The position numbers and the translations under genes are program-made. Under the pieces are notes generated by a model, which was given only the letters and a program-made list of their open reading frames with translations, searched no databases and had not been told where the DNA came from. This document shows positions 9,832-20,252 of a stretch of DNA of 64,000 nucleotides, piece after piece; position 1 is the first letter of the stretch; each line of letters opens with the position of its first letter. Source of the stretch: Oceanispirochaeta sp. (GTDB taxonomy: Bacteria > Spirochaetota > Spirochaetia > DSM-2461); contig CAXXOA010000003.1 in assembly GCA_963666275.2 (NCBI GenBank), positions 96,001-160,000 on the forward strand, written 5' to 3'.

Positions 9832-10746
9832 TCAATTCTCCAGCCCCAGGATATCTCCCGGGATAAAGCTCATGGCATTCCTTTCCGCATACTCTTCTGC
9901 CTTCTTTACCGCTTCGGCAAGACTCCTGCCATGGAAGATCTCCTCCGCAAGGCCGGCCGTATAGGCATCGCCGCAGCCGATGGGATTCCGCCAGTCCTTC
10001 AGTTCTCCCGGTGTACTGCGGGAGATGTTTCCCTTGTCGCAGATCAGGGTTGTACCGTCTCCGTTGGTGAGGATTACAGAACAGTGGTAGTGATCGTAAA
10101 TTTCCCCCATGGCTTTTTCAAGCTTCTCTTCGGAAACCATTTGGTAGTTCTCTCCCTTCAGGAATGTTTCGCAGAACTCCTCCCGATTGGGCTTTATGAT
10201 ATCCGGAGCGAATTTCAGGCATTCCTGCAGCTCTTTTCCCCTGATATCCAGGATAAGCAGCTTTCCTGCGTTTTTTGCCCGCCGGCTCATTTCCGGATAG
10301 ATCTTTTCAGAGAATCCGTCTGCATGGGATCCGGATATTATGACTATGGAAGAGTCATGGAGCAGCCGGGAGAAGGAGGATAACATTTCCTCTTCCGCAC
10401 CGGGAGGGACGGGACGGCCATGTTCCACAATTTCAGTGGTTTCACCGGAAGCCCGGTCCAGGAGGGTATAACAGCCTCTGACTTCCGAGGGGATGGGGAT
10501 GAACTCTATTGGAAGTTTCTGCTTTACTATGGATTTATAAAAGCTGCCTTCCGGAGCATCGCCATAAGTCAGATGCCTTACAGGGACTCCTGCCTGGTGC
10601 AGGACTCTTGTGACATTGAAGCCCTTTCCGGCACAGCTGGAGGTGTAGATGCGGCTCCTGTTCACCTCTCCCGTCCTAAGCTCGGGAAACTCAAGGGTTG
10701 TCTGCCATACGGGGTTCAATCCGATGGTCAGGATGTATGGGTTCAT
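9832..10746 (-). CDS. 1-phosphofructokinase-like PfkB family hexose kinase
   Basis: 'LNPVWQ', 'AGKGFNV', 'IKPNREE', 'NPIGCGDAYTAG'. Confidence 0.88.
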   Translation of the reverse strand: MNPYILTIGLNPVWQTTLEFPELRTGEVNRSRIYTSSCAGKGFNVTRVLHQAGVPVRHLTYGDAPEGSFYKSIVKQKLPIEFIPIPSEVRGCYTLLDRASGETTEIVEHGRPVPPGAEEEMLSSFSRLLHDSSIVIISGSHADGFSEKIYPEMSRRAKNAGKLLILDIRGKELQECLKFAPDIIKPNREEFCETFLKGENYQMVSEEKLEKAMGEIYDHYHCSVILTNGDGTTLICDKGNISRSTPGELKDWRNPIGCGDAYTAGLAEEIFHGRSLAEAVKKAEEYAERNAMSFIPGDILGLEN

Positions 10747-11020
10747 AAGGGATCATCCTATTTCATTGAGGAATCTTTGCTTTTATTGTAAATCATGAGT
10801 CTCCGGATTGCGAGCATTTCCAGTGTGTCAGCCCCGGGTGAAGTCATCATGGGATTAGTGTAGACCTATTGATCATTGAATAGGGTTTTTCCTCCGGTTT
10901 GTGGAGATTCGGTAGAATATCTGTGTAATCGCATTTTATTTGCCTTTCTGACTTTTTCAATAATGTAATATTCACATTATAACTTAATTCCCATCCGGAA
11001 TTGACACAAGGAGACACATA

Positions 11021-12925
11021 ATGAAAAAAAGGCATTCAATACAATTTAAATTAATGCTTTTTACATCACTGCTGACCGCTGCGGGAATGATCCTTATCAC
11101 AGTGTTTATTCTTCTGGAAAGTATTGCTGTATACAAAGACCAGACTGTGGAGAGAGTTCGTCAGGAAACTCTGGCCCAGGGAACCATTTTTCAGGATAAG
11201 CTGAATCCCGTGGCAATTAAAGCAAACTCCATGGCCAAACTTGTCATTCCGGCCATTGAAAATCCTGTCAGGGATAACAGAGAAAACCTGGACAGATATC
11301 TTCATGCTTTTTTTCTGGACAATGGAGATCTGCTGGCTTTTAATCAGTGGTTTTTTCTGATTCCCGGTTATATCGATGAGTACGAATATCTGGGCGAGAA
11401 CGATGCCTATGAGAGGTGGTTCCGCCACGGTTACAGATCCTGGGAGGGGGCGGAGATCTCCATGGATACCCGGGGGCTCGATTATGATCCCTTTGAATAC
11501 GACAGCTGGTTCAACGATCCCTTCGATTCCCGGAAAATGGTCATTACCGAACCCTACCACTGGGATTACGGCGGGACAATCGGAAACCGATTTGTTTCCA
11601 GCATCTGCGCCCCCATCCTCTACAACGGCAACAGCCTGGGAGTTGTGGGATACGAAGTGGAATTGGGGATCTATCAGCAGGAAGTCTCACAGATACAGCC
11701 TTTTCCCGGGAGTTTCGCCTATCTGAATACCGGAGTCGGTACTGTCATTGCCTACAAAGATGAGTTTATCGGCGGATCTCTGGTCGAAGCCATCCCGGCT
11801 TTTGCAGAAAAAGAGCAGTCCTTCAGCGAAATCGTTGAAATTGACGGCTACTGGCATATTGCTTCTCCTATGAAGATAAAGTTTATTGATGATCCCTGGA
11901 TTCTCACCATTGCCATTCCCGAAAAAGTGGTAATGGCACCCTTTTACAGGATGGTCTATCTGGTGGTGGGAATTGTTGTTTTTGTCCTTCTTGTGACGGG
12001 CTTCCTTATTTTCTATCTTTCCCGTTCTCTGGCAAAACCCATCGGGGAGATTGCCCAGCAGGCCGATCTTCTTGCAAAAGGAAATCTGACAGGAACGATT
12101 TCCTTTGCCCAGCGCAAGGATGAGATCGGACTGACCGGTTCCTCTCTGAGAGATATGATTGACAAGCTTGTGGAAATCATTAATGCCATTCAGAAGACAA
12201 CAGGCCTTGTTCACTCCAGCAGCAGGGAAATTGCCAATTTTGCGGGTCAGCTCAGTTCAGGTTCCTCAGAACAGGCGGCGGCTTCCGAAGAAGTGTCCGC
12301 TTCGATGGAGCAGATGGCTGCGAGTATTCAGAATAACTCGGACAATGCCACACAGACTCTGGTGATGGCCGAGAAAAACTATTCTGATGTTGATGAGGGC
12401 GGCCAGGCTGTCAAACAGACCGTGGAGGCAATGGATCAGATCGCATCCAAGATATCCATCATTGATGAAATCAGCAGACAGACCAATCTGCTGGCTCTGA
12501 ATGCCGCCATCGAAGCGGCCCGGGCCGGAGAATCGGGGAAAGGATTTGCCGTCGTTGCCAATGAAGTGAGAAAGCTGGCGGAAAGGAGTCAGGAGGCGGC
12601 ATCGGAAATATCGGAACTGAGCCGCAGCAGTATGGATGTGGCGGCCAAAGCCGGCAATATGCTGGATAAGGTTGTGCCGGATATCAGGCAGACCACCGAG
12701 CTTATACAGGAAATTGCTTCCAGCAGCCGGGAACAGAATGAGGGAACCCAGCAGATCAACCAGGCCCTTCTGCAGCTGGACCAGACCATCCAGGCCAATA
12801 CGGCTTCCGCAGAGGAGCTGGACGGTGTTTCCCGGGAACTGGAGAAACTGGCGGATGAACTGCTGGATCAGGTCAGCTTTTTCAACACCCATCGCGGCAA
12901 TGAACTACTCCTTGAGGATCGCTAG
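11021..12925 (+). CDS. Methyl-accepting chemotaxis protein (dCache sensor)
   Basis: TM-dCache-TM-HAMP architecture and '[37 protein letters not shown]'. Confidence 0.95.
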   Translation: MKKRHSIQFKLMLFTSLLTAAGMILITVFILLESIAVYKDQTVERVRQETLAQGTIFQDKLNPVAIKANSMAKLVIPAIENPVRDNRENLDRYLHAFFLDNGDLLAFNQWFFLIPGYIDEYEYLGENDAYERWFRHGYRSWEGAEISMDTRGLDYDPFEYDSWFNDPFDSRKMVITEPYHWDYGGTIGNRFVSSICAPILYNGNSLGVVGYEVELGIYQQEVSQIQPFPGSFAYLNTGVGTVIAYKDEFIGGSLVEAIPAFAEKEQSFSEIVEIDGYWHIASPMKIKFIDDPWILTIAIPEKVVMAPFYRMVYLVVGIVVFVLLVTGFLIFYLSRSLAKPIGEIAQQADLLAKGNLTGTISFAQRKDEIGLTGSSLRDMIDKLVEIINAIQKTTGLVHSSSREIANFAGQLSSGSSEQAAASEEVSASMEQMAASIQNNSDNATQTLVMAEKNYSDVDEGGQAVKQTVEAMDQIASKISIIDEISRQTNLLALNAAIEAARAGESGKGFAVVANEVRKLAERSQEAASEISELSRSSMDVAAKAGNMLDKVVPDIRQTTELIQEIASSSREQNEGTQQINQALLQLDQTIQANTASAEELDGVSRELEKLADELLDQVSFFNTHRGNELLLEDR

Positions 12926-14146
12926 GGAGGCGTTCTGCCCCCCGAAACCGAAGCTGTTGGTCAGAGCGGCCTGAACTTTCAGCTCTCTGGCCCTGTTGGG
13001 AATCGTATCGACAGGACAGTCCGGATCAGGGGTCTCCTGGTTTATTGTGGGAGGTAGAACACCTTGGGACAGGCTCATAATGGTGGCGATCGTTTCGATT
13101 GCTCCTGCAGCTCCCAGGGTGTGCCCTATCATGGATTTGTTGGAACTCACCGGAATTCGGGCGCCTCTGGCGCCGAACACCGCATGGATGGCTCTGGACT
13201 CGGTTCTGTCATTTGCCTTTGTGGAAGTTCCATGGGCATTGATATAACCAAAATCTTCAGGTGTGAGTCCTGACTGGGCCATGGCTATTTCCATGGCTTT
13301 GGCCGCCCATGTACCGTTTTCATCGGGAGCCGCAATGCTGGCCGCATCGGATGTCATTCCGATCCCTCCCAGAACAGCATGGATATGAGCCCCTCTTTTT
13401 TCCGCATGGGACCGTTTTTCAAGGACAAGGACTCCCGCTCCCTCGCCCATGACAAAGCCGTCTCTGCTGCTGTCAAAGGGGCGGCTGGCTTCAAGGGGGG
13501 CCTCATTTCTGGTGGAGAGAACCTTCATACAGTTGTAGGCATCTACAACAAGAGGGGTGATGGTGGCTTCCGACCCTCCGGCCAGCATCACATCCGCCTG
13601 GTTCAGCTGAAGAATCTGCATGGCTGTTCCGATCGAATGGAGTCCCGTAGCACAGGCGGAAAGGGCCGCCATACTGGGTCCGTGTATCCCCAGTTCTATG
13701 GACACATTCCCTGCGGCCATATTGGGTATGATCTTGGGAACTGCCAGAGGATTTCCTCTTCCGGGACCCCGGGTCGAAAGTATTTCAAACTGCTTTTCCA
13801 GGTTTTCGTAGTCACCCGCCGCTGAGCCTATAATACAGCCGGCTCTTTCCGGTAATATTCTGGAAAGATCGATACCCGCATCTTTGACAGCTTCAATGGC
13901 GGCACAGACCGCAATCTGGGAAAAGCGGCTCATTTTTCTGGCATTCCGTTTGTCCATAAAATCAGAAGCCCGGAAGTCCTTCAATTCACAGGCAATGGTT
14001 GTTTTAAATCCTTCCGTATTAAAAGCAGTGATCTGAGCTGCTCCGGAAACTCCCTGGATAAGACTCTTATAGAAATCCTCTTTGTTTAGTCCTACCGGTG
14101 TGAGAGCTCCCATTCCTGTAACGACAATATCATCTGCTTTTTTCAT
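12905..14146 (-). CDS. fabF: 3-oxoacyl-ACP synthase II
   Basis: 'VVTGMG', catalytic 'ACATG', 'NAHGTST', '[12 protein letters not shown]', 'NSFGFGG'. Start moved to ATG 14146. Confidence 0.92.
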   Translation of the reverse strand: MKKADDIVVTGMGALTPVGLNKEDFYKSLIQGVSGAAQITAFNTEGFKTTIACELKDFRASDFMDKRNARKMSRFSQIAVCAAIEAVKDAGIDLSRILPERAGCIIGSAAGDYENLEKQFEILSTRGPGRGNPLAVPKIIPNMAAGNVSIELGIHGPSMAALSACATGLHSIGTAMQILQLNQADVMLAGGSEATITPLVVDAYNCMKVLSTRNEAPLEASRPFDSSRDGFVMGEGAGVLVLEKRSHAEKRGAHIHAVLGGIGMTSDAASIAAPDENGTWAAKAMEIAMAQSGLTPEDFGYINAHGTSTKANDRTESRAIHAVFGARGARIPVSSNKSMIGHTLGAAGAIETIATIMSLSQGVLPPTINQETPDPDCPVDTIPNRARELKVQAALTNSFGFGGQNASLAILKE

Positions 14147-14231
14147 TTCTTCCCCCTGAGTATAGGCCTTATTTTTGACACAATAAGAGAAAATGTCAAG
14201 AAAATATAAGAAGAGGAGGAGGAAAGGACAC

Positions 14232-14269
14232 AAAAAAACTGCCCCCGGGTGATCGGCACCAGGGAGCAG
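14232..14269 (-). terminator. Intrinsic terminator downstream of the CoA-disulfide reductase gene
   Basis: 13-bp imperfect stem (CTGCCCCCGGGTG / CACCAGGGAGCAG) followed on the minus strand by T7. Confidence 0.65.
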
Positions 14270-14298
14270 GTTTTATATCCTTAAGATAAACAGCGGAA

Positions 14299-16308
14299 TT
14301 ATCCGGCCATCATCTGCATCAGGCCGCCGCCGTTTTTCACATTGGTAAATCCATTCTGTACCAGAATCCTCTGGGCATAGGCACTCCTGGCGCCGGAAGC
14401 ACAGTAGAGGGTGATATCCCTTTCACTGGATCCCAGTTCTCCCGTCCGGGCCGGCAGCTCGTCCAGGGGTATATTGACCGCCTCTGGGTAGGCTCCCATG
14501 GCATACTCTTCGGGGGTCCTGACGTCAATGACAATGGGGCCGTCCATGGCGATGGAAGATCCTTCTTCCTCCCGGGCCTCCTGTTCCGTCTGATCTCCCT
14601 CAAGGCTCTTCAGCTCAGGAGTTTTTACAGGAACAGAGAGGAATTCAAAACCAACGGCTCTGGCATAGCGCTCCAGACTGGGATAGCCTCCGCTTATGTA
14701 GTGGGCTCCTGTAAAACCGTTCAGGATCAGCTGCCGCACAACCCGGTGTGCTATTTTTCCTGTTTCGTCATAAATAAGGACAGCTGTCTCTTTCGGGATC
14801 TCCATCAGGGCTTCCAGCATCTTCTCCGCCGGGACATTGGGGGCTCCCTGCACTGCGCCCTTCTGATGGGCAAAATAGTCTCTTACATCCACAAGGACAA
14901 TCTGTCTGTTTCTGATAAAATCTTCAACTTCCGCTGCCGTCAGGGAGGGACTGTATCCGCTCATCCGGTTCATACCTGCAAAAGCGGCCATGTTGACAGG
15001 GTCATTGGCGGAACCGAAGGGGGGAGCATAGGAGAGGTCCAGTTCACTCAGATCTTCCAGGGTCATTCCCGCGCTTACGGCTGTGGACAGGACATCCAGT
15101 CTCTTGTCGGCACCGTCGTATCCGGCTGTCTGGCCGCCCAGAACCTTTCCTGTTTCTCTGTCATAGACCAGGTGAATGGTCACCATGCTGGACCCGGGGT
15201 AGTAGGTAACATGGTTGTCTTTGTGGATCACCACCGATTGGGCATCGAAACCGGCATCCCTGGCCTGCTTCAGACTGAGACCCGTGGTTCCGGCCACCGC
15301 TTCAAAGACTCTTACAATGGATGTGCCCTGAGCCCCTCTGTAGCGCATCTTTTTCTCATGCTCCCCGGCCAGAGCATTGGTGGCGGCAATCCTTCCCTGA
15401 CGGTTGGCAGGTCCTGCCAGGGGAATTCTCACCTTTCTGTTCATAACTCTGTGTTCGATCTCTGCCATGTCTCCGGCAGCGAATATATCTTTATCCGAGG
15501 TCTGCAGATATTCATCCACCAGAAGGCCACCGGCCTCACCCAGCTCCAGTCCAGATTCTATGGCCAGGGTCAGGGTGGGGCGGACACCTACAGAAAGGAG
15601 AACCATATCGGCACTCAGCTCTTTTCCGTTATCCAGTACAACAGTTTTTTCTTTTATGGCTGTTACAGACCTTCCCGTATGCACGCCCACCTGGAATGCG
15701 GCCAGCTCCTCCTGCAGAAAACCGGCAATTTCCCCTTCCATCATGGGCATGACATGAGGCGCCAGTTCCACGTTGTGAACATCCAGTCCCCGCTTTTTCA
15801 GGGCTTCCACCATTTCGAGGCCGATAAACCCGCCACCCACAACAACGGCTGTCCGGGGGGCATTCTCCTCGATAAAACTGTTGATCCTGTCCATATCCTC
15901 CAGGGTCCACAGAGAAAAGACATTGGCATTATCCGCTCCCTCCAGTCCGGGGATGAAGGGTTTACCCCCCTGGGAAAGGATCAGTTTATCGTACTCATAG
16001 GTCCTGGTTTCTCCGGTTTCATGGTTGACCGCAGTCACTGTTTTTGCCTTTCTGTCGATGCTTTTCGCTTCGGTCATGGTGTGGACGGTTACATTGTACT
16101 GGTCCCGGAAGCTTTCGGGGCTCTGAAGTATCAGTTTGCTCCGGCTTTTTATATCACCCCCGATATAGTAGGGGAGTCCGCAGTTGGCAAAGGAAACATC
16201 CGGCCCTGCTTCAAGCATTGTTATTTCTATATCTTTATTCAATCTTCTGGCCCTTGCTGCTGCTGTGGCTCCAGCGGCTACCCCGCCGACGATCAGTAAT
16301 TTGTTCAT
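14299..16308 (-). CDS. CoA-disulfide/persulfide reductase-like flavoprotein fused to two rhodanese domains
   Basis: 'GGVAAG', redox 'SFANCGLPY', 'GGGFIG', 'YAPPFG', rhodanese 1 'DVRD...IYDETG', rhodanese 2 'DVRTPEEY...LYCASGARS'. Confidence 0.9.
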   Translation of the reverse strand: MNKLLIVGGVAAGATAAARARRLNKDIEITMLEAGPDVSFANCGLPYYIGGDIKSRSKLILQSPESFRDQYNVTVHTMTEAKSIDRKAKTVTAVNHETGETRTYEYDKLILSQGGKPFIPGLEGADNANVFSLWTLEDMDRINSFIEENAPRTAVVVGGGFIGLEMVEALKKRGLDVHNVELAPHVMPMMEGEIAGFLQEELAAFQVGVHTGRSVTAIKEKTVVLDNGKELSADMVLLSVGVRPTLTLAIESGLELGEAGGLLVDEYLQTSDKDIFAAGDMAEIEHRVMNRKVRIPLAGPANRQGRIAATNALAGEHEKKMRYRGAQGTSIVRVFEAVAGTTGLSLKQARDAGFDAQSVVIHKDNHVTYYPGSSMVTIHLVYDRETGKVLGGQTAGYDGADKRLDVLSTAVSAGMTLEDLSELDLSYAPPFGSANDPVNMAAFAGMNRMSGYSPSLTAAEVEDFIRNRQIVLVDVRDYFAHQKGAVQGAPNVPAEKMLEALMEIPKETAVLIYDETGKIAHRVVRQLILNGFTGAHYISGGYPSLERYARAVGFEFLSVPVKTPELKSLEGDQTEQEAREEEGSSIAMDGPIVIDVRTPEEYAMGAYPEAVNIPLDELPARTGELGSSERDITLYCASGARSAYAQRILVQNGFTNVKNGGGLMQMMAG

Positions 16309-16454
16309 TGTCAACCTCTTTATTTTGTAAGTTGTATATATGAATAATACTATATAAAGTATTTGTCAACATATATAGTTTAAAATTTATATATAATTTT
16401 TTAAAGAATACTCTTTTCAGGGGATGAAAAGGAGGCTATATAATTCTTTAAAGT

Positions 16455-16515
16455 GGACAATAAAGGACAATAAAGGAATATAAGTTATTTTAGTATTGAT
16501 ATGTTGGACAAAAAG
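16455..16515 (+). repeat. 10-bp-period direct repeats upstream of the Xis/BldC-like HTH gene
   Basis: GGACAATAAA x2 (16455-16474), GGAATATAAG (16475-16484), GGACAAAAAG (16506-16515). Confidence 0.7.
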
Positions 16516-16530
16516 GAGTAAGACTAAGGT

Positions 16531-16770
16531 ATGGAAAAAAACATCCTGACATTAGCGGAAACAGCTCAGTATCTGAAAGTTTCTGAAAAAACGATTCAGA
16601 GATTAATAGGAACCCATGATATTCCCTGCGTCCGGGTCGGAGGGCAATGGCGGTTTCTCCAGTCCTCTCTGGACCACTGGCTTGAAGCCAGAATGCAGGG
16701 CCTCGGTACTCTGAATACAGGTTCCCGGGGCAACAGAGAAAAAAACACGGACGATAAGAAAAGTCTTTAA
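16531..16770 (+). CDS. Small excisionase-like (HTH_17) DNA-binding protein
   Basis: 'LTLAETAQYLKVSEKTIQRL...IPCVRVGGQWRF...LDHWL'. Confidence 0.88.
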   Translation: MEKNILTLAETAQYLKVSEKTIQRLIGTHDIPCVRVGGQWRFLQSSLDHWLEARMQGLGTLNTGSRGNREKNTDDKKSL

Positions 16771-16779
16771 GGAGATAGT

Positions 16780-17238
16780 ATGGAATATTGGGATTTTATG
16801 AGCAGAGATTTGACTGTCACACTGAAATCAGAACTGAAAAATGAGGCTATCATTGAGATGGCTGAACTGGCCGGGGCAAAAGGAATCGTTGAAGATGTGG
16901 AAGATCTGACAGAAAAGCTTCTGTACAGGGAGCAGCTGATGAGTACTGGTCTGGGGCTTGGTATCGGTATTCCTCATGTCAGGTATGCGGGACTGAAAAA
17001 GCCGGCAATCCTGGTTGGTATCCAGCCTTCTGGCATTTCTGACTATGAGTCCATCGATAACCAGCTTGTAAAAATCGTCATTATGATCCTTCTGAAGGAA
17101 GGAGATCACAAAAGGCATGTCCGTCTCCTTTCCCAGATTGTTCCGCTTCTGAAAGATCAGCAGGCTCTGGAGAGTCTTGTGAATACCAATGATCCGGACA
17201 AGGTCTATGATTTTTTCCGGCAGTCTGTAAATAAATAA
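16780..17238 (+). CDS. PTS EIIA (Ntr/fructose-mannitol type) domain protein
   Basis: 'REQLMSTGLGLGIGIPH' with the phospho-accepting His, and 'HVRLLSQI'. Confidence 0.9.
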   Translation: MEYWDFMSRDLTVTLKSELKNEAIIEMAELAGAKGIVEDVEDLTEKLLYREQLMSTGLGLGIGIPHVRYAGLKKPAILVGIQPSGISDYESIDNQLVKIVIMILLKEGDHKRHVRLLSQIVPLLKDQQALESLVNTNDPDKVYDFFRQSVNK

Positions 17239-17258
17239 TTTGTAAAGGAATATCCCAA

Positions 17259-18947
17259 ATGTCTGAATTTCTTGCCAGCACATTCACTGGTTTCAATTAT
17301 CATGAACTGAACACTCTTCTTCTCCTGGGTGTTGCCATTTTCGGAGGAACGATCGGAGGCCGGTTGTTCCAGAGAATCCGCATTCCCCAGGTTGTGGGGT
17401 ATATCATTATCGGTATAGCCGTGGGAACCACAGGAATAAAGCTCATAACCCCCGAAGCGCTGGAGAAATTCCAGCCCTTCAACAATTTCGCTCTGGGGCT
17501 GATCGGTTTCCTCATCGGAGGAGAGCTGAAGAAAGAGACGATTATCAAGTACGGAAAACAGTTTACGGCGATCCTCTTTCTGGAGGCCCTGGGAGCCTTT
17601 TTCATCGTGGGCGGACTGGTCTTTCTGGTCTCCCTGCTCATTTTCCACAATGTCGCTCTGGCCCTGGCCCTGGGGCTGCTCCTGGGGGCTATCTCCTCCG
17701 CTACGGCAGCGGCAGGAACAACCGATGTCCTGTGGGAGTATAAAACCAGAGGGCCCCTGACAACCACTCTTCTGGGGATCGTAGCGCTGGATGATATTCT
17801 GGCTCTTTTCCTCTTTGCCATCGTCTCCAGCGTGGCGGGCATACTGACGGGAGGCGAAAGCGGCAATATCGCTGCTGAGATCATCAAACTGGTCTATGAG
17901 ATCGGCGGCGCTGTGGTTCTGGGCCTTCTTGCGGGATACGGTCTGGCCAAGCTGCTGAGAAACTACAGGGACGAGGAGAGGATCCTGACATTCTCCATCG
18001 GGGGGATTCTGCTCGTTCTGGGGCTCTCATCCATTCTGAAACTGGATATGATCCTTTCCGCCATGGTGATGGGGGTTGTGATTTCCAATGTGGCTCCCCG
18101 AAAGAGTAAAGAAGTTTTTAAACTTATGGAGAAGATCGCGCCTCCTGTTTATGTGCTCTTTTTCGTCTTTGTCGGAGCCAAGCTGGACCTGGGATCGATC
18201 CCTCCCACAATCATCATTCTCCTTTTGGCCTATCTGCTGGGACGGAGCGGCGGTAAGATGATCGGAGCCTGGCTGGGCGGACTTGTCTCCCAGGCGGTAC
18301 CCACGGTGAGAAAATACCTCTCATTCTGTCTTTTCAGCCAGTCCGGTGTGGCCATCGGTCTTTCCATTGTGGCAGGAAACAGGTTTTCCGGAGAAATTGG
18401 AAATACAATTATTACGGTGGTGACCGCCTCAACCTTTGTGGTCCAGCTGATCGGTCCCCTGTTTATCAAATATGCGGTTCAGCAGGCGGGAGAAGCGGGA
18501 CTCAATATTACCGAAGAGGATCTTATTATGAAGAGTACCGCCGGGGAGGTTGTCAACAGGTCTGTTCCCAAAATCAGTGAGTCCACACCGATCACCAGAG
18601 TTCTCAATGAGATCAGCGAATCGGATAATCTCTACTTCCCCGTGGTGAATCAGGAAGGTCTTCTCAAGGGAATCCTCTCCATCGAGGGAATTAAAAATGC
18701 TTTTATCGCACAGGATCTTACTGGGATGATCCTGGCCCATGACCTTATGGAGCCTGTCATTGTCTCCTGTCAGGCCGATAAGCCCCTTCCGGATGTTCTG
18801 GAGGCAATGAAGCATAAAAGGGTGGAAACCATACCGGTTCTGGATGAACGGGGGATTCCTCTGGGGATGATCGAAAACCGGGGAGTTCAGAAGCACTTTT
18901 CAAAGAGGATACTGGAACTGCATCAGCAGGCGGAAGCTTTAGGCTGA
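17259..18947 (+). CDS. Cation:proton antiporter (CPA family) with C-terminal CBS pair
   Basis: About 12 TM segments, 'PQVVGYII', 'GGEL', 'ALDD', 'FFVFVGAKLD', then a soluble CBS-like tail ('FPVVNQEGLLKGILS', 'IPVLDERG'). Confidence 0.9.
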   Translation: MSEFLASTFTGFNYHELNTLLLLGVAIFGGTIGGRLFQRIRIPQVVGYIIIGIAVGTTGIKLITPEALEKFQPFNNFALGLIGFLIGGELKKETIIKYGKQFTAILFLEALGAFFIVGGLVFLVSLLIFHNVALALALGLLLGAISSATAAAGTTDVLWEYKTRGPLTTTLLGIVALDDILALFLFAIVSSVAGILTGGESGNIAAEIIKLVYEIGGAVVLGLLAGYGLAKLLRNYRDEERILTFSIGGILLVLGLSSILKLDMILSAMVMGVVISNVAPRKSKEVFKLMEKIAPPVYVLFFVFVGAKLDLGSIPPTIIILLLAYLLGRSGGKMIGAWLGGLVSQAVPTVRKYLSFCLFSQSGVAIGLSIVAGNRFSGEIGNTIITVVTASTFVVQLIGPLFIKYAVQQAGEAGLNITEEDLIMKSTAGEVVNRSVPKISESTPITRVLNEISESDNLYFPVVNQEGLLKGILSIEGIKNAFIAQDLTGMILAHDLMEPVIVSCQADKPLPDVLEAMKHKRVETIPVLDERGIPLGMIENRGVQKHFSKRILELHQQAEALG

Positions 18948-18976
18948 TACCCCTGAAGGGGGGAGTGTCTTCCCCC

Positions 18977-19987
18977 TCAGCAGGAGGATCGCAGGATAAG
19001 TTTTGTGGGGATCCTGTACTCTTTCACTGGATCCTTCCCTTTATTTATACGGTCCAGCAGAACTTTGGCCGCTGTGGTTCCGATCGCTTCGCTGTCCTGA
19101 TCGATGGCTGTGATAGCAGGGGACGTCATAGATAACCAGAAGGCATCATCAAAGGTCACCACCGCAACATCATCGGGAAACCTGTAATTGTTCTGAAGCA
19201 GAAAACTGACAGCTCCCACCGCGGAAAGATCATTTCCGCAGAGAAAGGCGGTCACTTTCTTTTCCTGAACCAGATACCGGGCCAGTCTGTTCCCGTCGCC
19301 GTTTTTCAGATCCCTCAGAAACTGGGATCCTCCGCTTCCTGTTCTAATCAGTTCGGGGTCCGGGTCTATACCACTGCTGCGCAGAGCCTCTTTATACCCA
19401 TCAATACGCTCCCCCATGGTTCCGTCCAGATGGGAACCGATGAATCCGATTTTTCTATGGCCTTTATCGATCAGAAGTTTTGTTCCGTCAAAAGCCCCTT
19501 CAAAATTGGTGGACATTATACAGTCTTTATTAAAGCCTCCGGGAAAGCGGTCAAAAAAAACGCTGGGACATTTGTTCCCGATGAGAGCTTCCATATAGCT
19601 GCAGTCCTGCGCCACCGGAGCAATGATCAGGCCGTCCACGTTCTGCATCATAAGGTTCTGGATATTCTCTTTTTCGATATCCCGTTCCTCATTGGAATTG
19701 ATATAGATAAGGCCGTAACCATGGGCTTTCAGTATTTTGTCTATGCTCAGGGCAATGTCCAGAAAAAAAGCGTTGGAAAGGTTGGAAACAACCACGCCGA
19801 TTGTTTTCGAACTGCCGCTTCTGAGAGTCCTGGCCACAGGATTCACATTGTATTCCAGATCTCTGATTGCCTGCTGAACTTTCTCTTTTGTTTCGGGATT
19901 TACCTTTCGTGTTTTATTAATAACATGGGAGACCGTGGAAATTGAGACCTTGGCCCTTCTGGCCACATCTTTCATAGACGCACTCAT
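18977..19987 (-). CDS. LacI-family transcriptional regulator
   Basis: 'MKDVARRAKVSISTVSHVIN' HTH and sugar-binding domain. Divergent from the sugar ABC operon. Confidence 0.95.
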   Translation of the reverse strand: MSASMKDVARRAKVSISTVSHVINKTRKVNPETKEKVQQAIRDLEYNVNPVARTLRSGSSKTIGVVVSNLSNAFFLDIALSIDKILKAHGYGLIYINSNEERDIEKENIQNLMMQNVDGLIIAPVAQDCSYMEALIGNKCPSVFFDRFPGGFNKDCIMSTNFEGAFDGTKLLIDKGHRKIGFIGSHLDGTMGERIDGYKEALRSSGIDPDPELIRTGSGGSQFLRDLKNGDGNRLARYLVQEKKVTAFLCGNDLSAVGAVSFLLQNNYRFPDDVAVVTFDDAFWLSMTSPAITAIDQDSEAIGTTAAKVLLDRINKGKDPVKEYRIPTKLILRSSC

Positions 19988-20024
19988 TAAATCCAATCCT
20001 CCCGGTACTTTACGAATAACAACC

Positions 20025-20053
20025 ACAATACATCAGTAGAAATTTATGGTCAA
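20025..20053 (-). promoter_or_regulatory. Sigma-70-type promoter for the LacI regulator
   Basis: TTGACC-N17-TATTGT on the minus strand. Confidence 0.55.
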
Positions 20054-20097
20054 GTTTCTGCTCTTTATCAGTCCTTTGCAGTGTCTGAAAATTTTAG

Positions 20098-20126
20098 TTG
20101 ACAGATTCCAAAAGCAGTAATAGCAT
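20098..20126 (+). promoter_or_regulatory. Sigma-70-type promoter of the sugar ABC operon
   Basis: TTGACA-N17-TAGCAT. Confidence 0.7.
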
Positions 20127-20127
20127 T

Positions 20128-20155
20128 AGAAAATCGTTTGCGCAAACGATTTTCT
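20128..20155. promoter_or_regulatory. LacI-family operator (perfect 28-bp palindrome)
   Basis: AGAAAATCGTTTGCGCAAACGATTTTCT directly after the -10 box. Each half resembles a CG-centred LacI operator. Confidence 0.85.
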
Positions 20156-20252
20156 GCGGAAAATCTAATATCGGTGTAAGGAAAATCTTTACGGGACTTC
20201 ATCCCCCCCGGCAGATTTCCACCGATTCATCGAACACAAAAAAGAGGTATTT

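Noticed and set aside
14701..16299. 532-aa ORF on the + strand
   Set aside because: Antisense shadow of the CoA-disulfide reductase gene, with no recognisable motifs.
16531..16770. Excisionase-like gene as evidence for a prophage or ICE
   Set aside because: No integrase, att site or phage genes nearby, and it heads an ion-transport operon.
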